Origin: Octopus bimaculoides
Taxonomy: Eukaryota
Reading direction: 5' to 3'
Assembly: GCF_001194135.2 (NCBI RefSeq)
Contig: NC_068992.1
Coordinates: 4,987,106-5,051,105 of the forward strand
Length of the DNA: 64,000 nt
Part shown: positions 53,953 through 64,000 of the stretch, piece after piece
Layout: each line of letters begins with the position of its first letter
Position numbering within the stretch: position 1 is the first letter of the stretch
Made by a program: the position numbers and the translations under genes
The notes under the pieces: generated by a model
What the model saw: the letters and a program-made list of their open reading frames with translations, nothing else
The model's database searches: none
Told to the model about the DNA's origin: nothing

Positions 53953-54045
53953 NNNNNNNNNNNNNNNNNNNNNNNNNNNNNNNNNNNNNNNNNNNNNNNN
54001 NNNNNNNNNNNNNNNNNNNNNNNNNNNNNNNNNNNNNNNNNNNNN
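53953..54045. other. Assembly gap
   Basis: N characters. Confidence 1.
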
Positions 54046-54080
<35 letters not shown>

Positions 54081-55364
54081 TTGCAATATAACGCTATAAC
54101 TACATCAATCAGTCAACGTATGAATCAATCAAACGATGTTTCTCCCTATCTCTGTAGCTATTTGTTTATCTATTCATCTATAATATATATACGTATATGT
54201 CTTTACATATGCACGCGCGCGCACACACACACACATGCCCGCATGTATAGATGTGATTGTGTCTTAATCGACTAGTTTACACCACCAATGACTATTTGCT
54301 ATGTTTAATCTATATTCTCTTCTAGTAATGTAAGTAAACGTTGATTTTCAATATATCTACTTTACTTTGTAACGCAGTCAATTACAAACCCTATCGATTC
54401 TAATGTCTAAACAGTAAGAAAGAGAGCATCAATCAGTCTAGTGACTGCTGCTGCTGCTGTTAAAGTGATAAGGATCAAAGTGGATGTCTTCCCCTGCTAT
54501 GATTCACTAAACTGAAACACAGAAATGCAGGAAATTTCCTTTGTACCGGTTATTCAAAAAAGGTTAGAACAGCATCGACTGAGGAGATAAATCGAGAGTG
54601 AATCAGAATATCGACAGAAAGCAGTTTATAAAATCTAGGACGTGACTAATACTGACAGATAATAGATTAAATGTTGAAAATTAGGGAGAGAATTTCGATA
54701 ATGTGATTTGCGATCAAACGACTAAAGTTTAGATAGTTGTTCTCTTAGTGCATCTCATTTGATAGCAAACTTGTGAATGCAAACAGATTGTAGATGTAAA
54801 TAAGTTTCTAAGACACTGAAATTTAAATCGCTACTACTGTTCGAGTTTAAATGAATAAAGCAGCTTATTAAAATATTAAAGTTTGCTTATATTTCGCTTT
54901 ACAAAAGAATGTATTTAACAATTAACCAAACAAAAAATTTACATGTAATTAGTCGCAGCTTTTTTAAGGAAGCTCAGAGAAGGATTATTTCAATCATATG
55001 ATGTCACTTAAAATACATATAGTATTCACAAGAGAACTTAGTCATAGACATATGGCATAGAGAAATTTAAATGCTTGGAAAATATTTGAACATAGGTGTG
55101 CTTGAACTTTACTCACGTCAGGCTTAACAAGACCCTGAGACGAACACCAATACCGTGTGCTTAATAGCAAAATCTGCAGAGCGCCGTCGAATATAAACTC
55201 TATCACATGAATACAAATGTATGAAATCCAAATCTGGGACCATGAAAGTATACTCACGAGAATGCTCATTTCAAAGTCTTGTGATAGATAAAAAGGGGAA
55301 CAAAGAAAGACAGAAAGGAACAAAAGTAAACAAAGAAAAGAAAGAGGAAAAACAGAAAGAAAGT

Positions 55365-55850
55365 TCGCAATGACAATGCTCTTGTCAGTACATGTGACGT
55401 ACCATTTAAGACAATATTTTGCACTTCTTGCAGGGATGGTAAACCAGGGATCATTTTCAAATAATTTTCAGTCATTTTTTTGTTTATTCCAAGTGCTCCT
55501 ATAATCATTGGTATTGTAACCGTCTTGAGATGCCACATCGTTTCCATTTCAATAAGCAAAGCTTTATATTTTCTGAGCTTATCAAATATATTTGTCGAGA
55601 TATTATGGCCACTAGGTATGCTATTGTCAATCAAAAAACAGATTTTCTACTCTTGGTCTTTCACAACAATATCTGTTTGTTTTTTTTTTTCTTGCTTTGA
55701 TGTTTCCGTCTCTACATATTACAAACTTGCAAATAATCGTTACATTTTATCATTAACACAAATATGTCTTACGGAGCAAAAAGGAAATCTACAAAAGAAC
55801 ACCAAATGATTTCTCCTATGGTTAATCTGGAAACACGTCCACCAAGAGAT
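55365..55850 (-). pseudogene. R4/Dong-like non-LTR C-terminal restriction-like endonuclease remnant
   Basis: QTDIVVKDQE*KICFLIDNSIPSGHNI..DKLRKYKALLIEMETMWHLKTVTIPMIIGALG..IPGLPSLQEVQNIVLNGTSHVLTRALS matches R4 RPDIVV...LID..IP.D.N...K..KY..L..E...MW......IP.VIGALG. Confidence 0.88.
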
Positions 55851-55884
55851 AGCCAGCCTCGCCTCCAAAGGTCATCCACTGGCA

Positions 55885-55937
<53 letters not shown>

Positions 55938-55939
<2 letters not shown>

Positions 55940-56011
55940 TTATGTTTGACTTTTGTTTTGCATTTGTACAAGTTGGATCCAAGTCTCACCCAGAGACCTC
56001 AAGAGACAACA
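55938..56011 (-). mobile_element. Retroelement 3' UTR (type 1) with (AAT)n tail at 55887-55937, truncated by gap
   Basis: 72 nt identical to 8222-8293. Confidence 0.7.
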
Positions 56012-56468
56012 NNNNNNNNNNNNNNNNNNNNNNNNNNNNNNNNNNNNNNNNNNNNNNNNNNNNNNNNNNNNNNNNNNNNNNNNNNNNNNNNNNNNNNNNN
56101 NNNNNNNNNNNNNNNNNNNNNNNNNNNNNNNNNNNNNNNNNNNNNNNNNNNNNNNNNNNNNNNNNNNNNNNNNNNNNNNNNNNNNNNNNNNNNNNNNNNN
56201 NNNNNNNNNNNNNNNNNNNNNNNNNNNNNNNNNNNNNNNNNNNNNNNNNNNNNNNNNNNNNNNNNNNNNNNNNNNNNNNNNNNNNNNNNNNNNNNNNNNN
56301 NNNNNNNNNNNNNNNNNNNNNNNNNNNNNNNNNNNNNNNNNNNNNNNNNNNNNNNNNNNNNNNNNNNNNNNNNNNNNNNNNNNNNNNNNNNNNNNNNNNN
56401 NNNNNNNNNNNNNNNNNNNNNNNNNNNNNNNNNNNNNNNNNNNNNNNNNNNNNNNNNNNNNNNNNNNN
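56012..56468. other. Assembly gap
   Basis: N characters. Confidence 1.
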
Positions 56469-56502
<34 letters not shown>

Positions 56503-59319
56503 CATATATTTTAAGCGAAAGCTGAATAAATTCTGCAGTTATGATACCAGTTCCATCTTTCCATTTGTCAGCATCATTAAACTCAGTATGATTTGGAAAT
56601 AAAAATTAATGGTTAAACTCATATTCTAATGATCCTTATTTATATAGCCATAATTCATTGTAATTGAAAATATTGTCGCTTCAGTGCCTTTCCCGTTATG
56701 CAATAATTTATTTCAAAGATAAACTGAGGGATATGCTTTTGGGTAATACCGTTTATTTTAATTACGTATATTGGATATAAATACGTAACGAAATTATTAG
56801 CGCGTAACTACGAAATTTCTGTATGCAAATATTTGATGCTTAATGTGGAATTATAATCGACTCTGATATCCTTCGGCTAATCTAGTAGTCACTTTAAGAG
56901 TTTAAGTTAAAGTTTCATATAATACTGTCAATCAGGATTTTGAACGACTATCTTCTTACTCTCTCGTTGTTTAAACATTACACTCTCGTCAAACGATTAT
57001 TCAACGACATTAGAGTTATGAGCATCCGAAATTTGTCTACAAAGAAGTAAAAAGAGCAATGTCGCAGTTATTTTTATGACTATGGTTCATTATTGTATTA
57101 ATTTAGTCCCCATACCTATGATTAATATATTGAATACGGTCACTGAATACAGCTATTTCTGTTATTGGATGGGCAAAAATAAATGCCTTGTATATTTAAG
57201 TGCCACATGCAAACAGTTATTCGTAAATGTCAAACATTAACTCAGACAAATTTAGAATGTATTGACTAAATTATTCTTTAGGAATATAATATTATGTTAT
57301 TGATATGTTTCGTATTACTTGAATCTCATCGTAAACATACTTGTGGAATATGATCAACTTTGTCCTTTCGCAATTATGTGCAAATAACTTAAAACGTAAA
57401 CAACATATCATGTGCATGTTAATAATAATTAAATTAACGTAGTAAATATTTCAAGTGAGTCATCGGTATTGCTATGAAGAGTCAAGTGTCTAGAGAACAT
57501 AACCTGAAATATTAGAATATATTTTCATCGAAGAATAAATAAATATTAACGAATGAAGACTTAAATTTACTATCAAAGCCTCAATTAAAACACTTCTCGA
57601 TTAATAAAGAAAAGGAAGGACATAATTGGAGAATAATGGTGTCACATGACATATTGTTAACGTAATTGTGCAAAACGCTTACTATGAAAGTGAAGCAGGT
57701 AGAAGCAATACTATGCAAACGAATTATTCCTATAATAGCATCAGGATCTAGGTATAGGACTTTTGGAAACACGAAGAACTGTCATTACTGGAATGAAGCA
57801 AAAATATTTAAAAAATGTAAATAAGACGGCCATAATTTCCAATTTTATGGTAAGATATACTCAGTACTTGAACAAAAGTGCGGTTGCAGTTTCTGAAATT
57901 TACTATTAAACAGTGAAAGCAAAATGATTATATAAGGTAAATCATTCTTAGGCTAGAAAGTATATTGTGGATAAGAAATCTAACAGTTTGAAGTGTTTTA
58001 AACATAAATATTTCGGAAATGCCTTTGGGGAATTTTGGCACTTATGAAAATTAAATTAAATCCCTTTGCAAAATTTTCATTTCGGAAAAAAGAAACATAA
58101 AATATACATATAATGAAAAAAGGAGAAACACTGTTCGTTTCTTTATTTTTCACTTTCTTTTTGCAAATGATTGTAAAAATATTGATAGAAATTAGTTTCA
58201 AGTAATATACCAACGTGACAATTCGGGATACGGGCAAGTTACCTACCGAAAATGTCAGAAATTAGTATTTATTCTAAGACATCACGGCGTCTGAAATCAA
58301 TACGTTTATAATAATGTCCGTCGACCACCTATTATCAGAAAGTTGAATCGCTTGAAGCTAAATGCAGATGAAATAACGAAAAATTAATTACATACGAGAA
58401 TCTTGTTCTGACAGATTTGCATCAATCATAAAAGTGAGATATTCTATTCATGGATATTATATATAAATTTTGAAATTAAAACTTATTGTGTAACAATATA
58501 TTAGAAGTTTATATAACAGATTGAAGATCTCAAGCTTACCGATTTTATTCTGTATTTAAAATATGCCAAATGTTTATTTATTTGTGCATATCCTCAGTAA
58601 CGTTAATATTATTATTTCTGTCTAGAAATGCTGTGCCTCGTGTTAAGATATGACAGTCCGGTAAAGGGTTTGAGCCGATGTAAATTTGAAATGAATATTC
58701 TAATCCTCTTTAATCTTCGTACTTTTAAATCTGCTGTAAAACTAGTTACAAAATCAAAAATGGCTTATTGACATTTGTTGTTCCTCCGTTTGTATATCCA
58801 TTAAACTATTCTATAAGAGATGATTGCATGATGATATAACTATACATAAGTAGAAGTGTATTGGAGATTAGAATATTATTCCTCTGAATTAGTATTCAAC
58901 TAAACATCATGTCTAAAATTCAAATCTTTAGAGAAGAGCTATCATTTGAAAGAACTTTTTATATTAATTTGAAGGAAGTTTTGGTTACAAACTTTAGGAT
59001 ATGGCTTAAATTTCATTAAATGTTTAGAAGGTTTGAACAGATTTCATACTAAATAGTGTTACATAGAAACGAATATTGCATTTTCGTAGAAAAGCATTTT
59101 CACGACGCTAAAGATTATGAAAACCTGCTACCAAATTCTAGTGAGATCGGTAGTGTACTTATTTTATAACATTCAAGGGTAGAAAAGCATTAAGTTTATC
59201 ATGTGTGACATATCAGTTAGATTTGAAAGATAGAAACAGCGGTTAAGAAGATTAAAAAGAAAATAATATTTATCTATAGTAGAATTGATAAATGAATGAA
59301 TGAACGAAAACGTGATCTC

Positions 59320-59840
59320 AGTTGATTGGAAGTGTTATCATGTACATTGTTTTGTCTTGGTATAAAAGATGGGCTACAACAAATATTCTGCTCAATACCA
59401 CAGATTTGCTTGTCAGTTGTTTGACATTAACTAGTTAAGCATGCCACTTGTTGGATGACAATATATGCATCTCTGATCACGAGAAGAAGTAGTAGGGGTG
59501 ATTCGTAGCTATGCGTTGAGCGGAATTCTTTGATGTTTTAATATTTCACCTCTGGAAAATATTGGTGTATAGTTGAACATCATAAAAGAAACCTTATTAA
59601 AAGACCCTTTGAGCGGGATAGGCAACTCCACTTGAACAAAATTCTAACTGGACTCCACTTGCAAGGTCATGCACTGTTTATCTCGATATGGGATCATCAT
59701 GTCGTGCACATATGATTGTGTTGTAAGTGCTTGTTGTACTCTTATGAGACGTGTAGTTATGATAGGTATACTGGGTTTCGTATATTTCACTCTAGACTCA
59801 CTTTGATGGCATGCACGGCTCTCCCACTCAATAATAATAG
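59320..59840 (+). mobile_element. Unclassified retroposon-like repeat (family D) ending in short (AAT)n
   Basis: Homologous to 35470-35880; ends ..ctcccactcaataataata. Confidence 0.8.
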
Positions 59841-59879
59841 GAAAGATAATAACGTTTTAATGTACATATTTTGTCTTTG

Positions 59880-60005
59880 TGCAAGAGATGGTCTACAGCA
59901 AATTGTCTGCTGAAAACCATCGAACCTCTTGTCAGTTACTTGACCTCAACCAGTTGAGCATGTACCAGAGCGGCTGACAATATGTGTATCTATGACTGTG
60001 AGCAG
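59880..60005 (+). mobile_element. Partial, more diverged family D copy
   Basis: agatggtctacagcaaat..cttgtcagttacttgacctcaaccagttgagcatg..ggctgacaatatgtgtatc matches 59365-59480. Confidence 0.7.
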
Positions 60006-60074
60006 GTCCAGAAAGGATAGATAAGAAAACAAAAGAAAACAAAAGAATGGAACGCTAGAAAGAGAGAGCGAGCG

Positions 60075-60282
60075 CACTATACTGGCAGTGCAAGACAAAA
60101 CTTGGGCCACAAACGGGCTATCCCTCTGGTGGAATGGACACGGGATGGAGGAAAAGGACCGAGAAGAAGACCAAGAGACGTAATTGGTAGCACCAAATTT
60201 TGAATAATGTGGGGGCAGATCAAATTGCGCGGACCCAAGATGATATGAAATCCAAGGTATGTTCCAAGATGATATGAAATCA
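60075..60282 (+). pseudogene. Possible RTE-type LINE 3' end remnant
   Basis: AIPLVEWTRDGGKGPRRRPRDVI..W.QI resembles the RTE C-terminal V.EW.PR.GKR.RGRP..RW; ends in an 18-nt direct repeat. Confidence 0.4.
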
Positions 60283-63200
60283 GTAGTAGCTGTCTCAATT
60301 GGAGCTTAGCGGAAGGCTAGCAATCGAGGTGTTTGACAATGGTTCTTTGCCCGTTGTTCTGACAGCATTGGAGGATCTAAGAGAGTGAAAGAGAGAGGGG
60401 GAGGAGAAAGGAGAGAGAGATTGAAAGACAGAGAGTGGGAGAGAGGAAGAGACTGATATTTATCGCCTGATATAACTTTCACTGACAAATTTACCGTTTT
60501 CATAATTTTGAAGAATATTGAAATAACCTTGTATATGGAGAGAACGTTACATAAGCACGTATTAAATCTAGTGAGTTAAATCTACCAACATCCTATTAAT
60601 ATATATCACCAAACACATCAAAACTGCTCAGTTACAAAATTTCACTTCCGATCCACATAATTTCGGTGAAAACAAAAATAATGTTTAATAGTGTCAGCTT
60701 CAGATTCTGCTTTCGGAATTAGTTATATTTACTATGCCTAAACGTTAGAAATTTAATTTGCTGTGTAGATTTATTCGGTGAAAATAAAATTCACAGCAAA
60801 CTTTCATTGAAGTGAAATGTTATTGATCTGAATTCATTACGAATGTTAATGCAAACGTAACGCTAACTATAAAAACGATTGCAATATATCCGATAGTACA
60901 CTCCCTATAATATACGAACATGACATTCTAAGCAAAACAATTTCAATTGCAATCTTGAATAGCAATGAATCTATTTACATTACTGTCTAAAATGTATTTT
61001 ACATACTTTAATTCAACTCATTTGACTGAACTCACAATCATATGCTAGACAAATGTTTGAACATGTCATTAAAACGGCAATTGTTTTGCGATTATCAAGT
61101 AAAATGCGCCAAATTTGCAACCCTTTTGATGAGTAAGCATCGGTCCTGTGTTGCAGGTGTCGTTTACATATTCAAATGTCAACATGGAAATTGCCTAGAT
61201 GTTCAAACGATAATATAGGAAATTGCTTAGTTATTTACCTTGTATAAAGTTACTCTAACAGTCATTTACGGGAAATCAATTACTTTGCATTTCATTATTC
61301 ATGCGTTAATTGAAACGCACAATGAATAATACACATCGAACATGGCATCAATATTGACTAAGTATTCGCATGGCGCCCTCACCAATATTAGTGTTTATAC
61401 ATATTTATACATACATGATTAAATGAATACTAGGTCAGTATTAGTAAGTATAGCCTTACTAATATTAATAAAGACCACGAATTGACTGATTTATTTGTGT
61501 ATAGTTTATCGCACGTTATATTTCTCAATCATCAGTGACTCGCGTTCAAATCGCGGTCTGTATAAATCTATTTCCCATGGTTTTCTTTTCGTAAAAAATG
61601 TCTTGCTGTAAAGCGGCTGATGGATCATTCTCCTTCAGCATTGGACGGCATGCCTTGCTCAATTGCTTCCGATTGTGTTTGTATTTCGGCGATGTAGCAA
61701 GCCACATTGCATCGACATTAGAGTCATGGCCTTTGTTTTAGAGATTAGAAAAAAAATGTGATTAAGCTTTTTAATACATATTGATAGATGCAGAAATTAC
61801 ATGTAAATAAATATATATGTTGTTTGATCATTCTTCACAGCTCATCATAATGTAGACATGTGTAATATAAATCATATATAACAAAATAAACAACTGTGAT
61901 TATTGAGTACTACACTTCAAATTTAAGCATCAGCTAAAAATATAAAACTACATGTCTGCAACGAAATATATTTTTTAAATAATTCTAAATCCCAATAGAC
62001 ATTCTCATTCATTCGCAAAAATATTTCTCGGAATTAGTATTCAACCGTTTATCAAAAACTGTATCTTGAAGCAGAAAAGAATTGTATATAAAAGCAAAAG
62101 AGGACAAAAATTAAGAATCGGGACTCAGCTATATTAAGGAATCAAATGAAAAACTAATTCGATAATATGGTTCATGCAGTTTCATTTAACAGCTTGTCCC
62201 ACCCAATATACAATGTACAGAGTCGTCACTCTAATCTCAAACACAATAAACTTACACACTCCCAAGCAATGACTGACAACATAAACGAAATGATTCAGAT
62301 ACAGAATGCTGTGCCACGAATCAAATATTGAAATGCAATAAATGTAGTGCCGGAATTCGGGGTGATAGTATATAGAATGCGATGGCTTTCATGTTTATTC
62401 CTCATATGTTCTGACAGATTTGAGCGTTAATATTGGTTACTGCTACTGCGTTTTGTCACAAAAGAGCAACTTCTCATTTGGAAGAAATGTGTGTTCATAA
62501 CACACCCAATGCTTTAGCTCAGGATACTCCGGGATATCTGATGTTTCGACATCATTGTTACTTGTCAGTCAGACTAATGAATGTAACAGGAGTTGTGGGC
62601 TCACGTTTATGAATTTGGCATTAGAATTAATTACTGATGACTGTTCATATCTGCCAACCGATAATAAATCAGCATATGCATGGTATATACAATACAAATC
62701 ATATTACTGTCTAAATGCTAATCTATTTTTTGTTACGGGTAATAAGTAAAAGTTTGCTGCAGTGGATATTTAAATTCAGAACGTCGATATCCGTCCGTAA
62801 CTTAAGTTGATATACACTGTAACAAAATGTCAATAATCGTTGGTATTAATTACATCCTTAGTATCCCCACCTACATTATCAGCATCGTTTTTCTCCGCTC
62901 CTTCCTTCTACTCTCCTCTAGTTCTCAATATTATCATGATCATCACCATCATTGATACTAAAATTACGAATCTTATTATTAGTAATTGTAATTGTATCCT
63001 TGGAATGCATCAACCTTTTAAAAAAAAGATCTTTCGCAAATGCACTCAAAAAATATATTCCTCCTACAATTTTTTACAGAACTCTCAACTAATGGCACAT
63101 CTTATGGTTAATTGCTCGTCTCGTAAGCAGCTGGTTCTTCGATTCCATAATGTTACATCGAAAAATAGACATAATGGAACGGAATAAGTGCTTTACATAT

Positions 63201-64000
63201 ACCTCAGCTTTCAAGTAGTTTCCAAATTCACAAACTGAGTTTAAACTGAATTTTTAACATTTAATTGCAGTCTGACGTGATACAAAATTTTTTTTAAAAA
63301 TTAGTAAATAATGATATATCTAGTTATCCTTTTAAAGAGCTTCCCCGTCGTCATAGAAATTGTCGCAAAAAAGGTTGGATATTCTTATAAAGTTTCCAAA
63401 AATATAACAAATTAATTTTGTAAAGCAGTGAAATATTTTTTCAACGTCTATAATTACTTCTATGTAGAAAAAATTCTTATTGATTTTAAACATATTCACC
63501 AAAAAGAAATTTTAAAGTTTCTCTGTTAAAGGATAAATATATCTTATCATGTGTTACTGGTTTTCTTTTCCTTATATTTCACGAGAATATTTCCTTTATT
63601 TATATTTTAAGATAGTGTAGAATTATTACAAAGTAAACATTGAAATAATATATTGGTTTATTGCAGCTAGGAAGACATTTAGTTACCTAGATTAGGTTTA
63701 TGTTCTTAACCACAGGAAGTAGTAATCCTAATTCCCTTGCCAATTTGTACTTATTTATGAGATAAATTTCACATTTAATAAAGCAATATTCTATCTGTGG
63801 CAGTTACACTAACCATATGCATCTACAAAGTTGCTTGATCGCATACACATGTCAGCCGTGTCTTACAGGAAAGACATGCTAACTGCTGAAAAGAGAAGTA
63901 AATTGATACACTGGATATAGTCATAATTCTCTAACACTTCCAAAGAGACCGCGTCTTATGGTTCATTCCTTAATGGAGAATATATCTTCACAAATACTGT

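Noticed and set aside
62840-63187. 115-codon ORF
   Set aside because: Low-complexity (ATC/ATT-rich), no domain or splice support; the 3' part overlaps a decayed SINE-like head.

Overview
Strongly AT-rich, microsatellite-saturated animal genomic DNA with nine N-gaps. No host protein-coding exon, true RNA gene or CRISPR array can be supported, so it reads as intergenic or deep intronic sequence. The tRNA-derived SINE repertoire, the (TA)n/(CA)n/(ATT)n load and the LINE types resemble Octopus-type cephalopod genomes (inference from recalled repeat families, not a search). The recognisable content is mostly decayed transposons. These are three tRNA-derived SINE families in many copies, three Penelope-like (PLE) remnants (two GIY-YIG, one RT), R4/Dong-like non-LTR pieces nested in (TAA)n, other LINE remnants, a Ty3/gypsy gag-protease remnant, a mariner 5' end with TIR, a maT/DD37D transposase fragment and a foldback/MITE-like element. 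The most unusual items are: (1) a ~185-bp palindromic element inside (TA)n that carries the 3' half of a hammerhead-ribozyme core, (2) a stop-free PLE endonuclease frame running into a gap, and (3) stacked R4/Dong-like 3' ends in TAA tracts, including a 72-nt identical pair 48 kb apart. All protein family calls come from manual translation compared with remembered family motifs and need HMM/BLAST confirmation. I found no intact novel system that the sequence alone can demonstrate.
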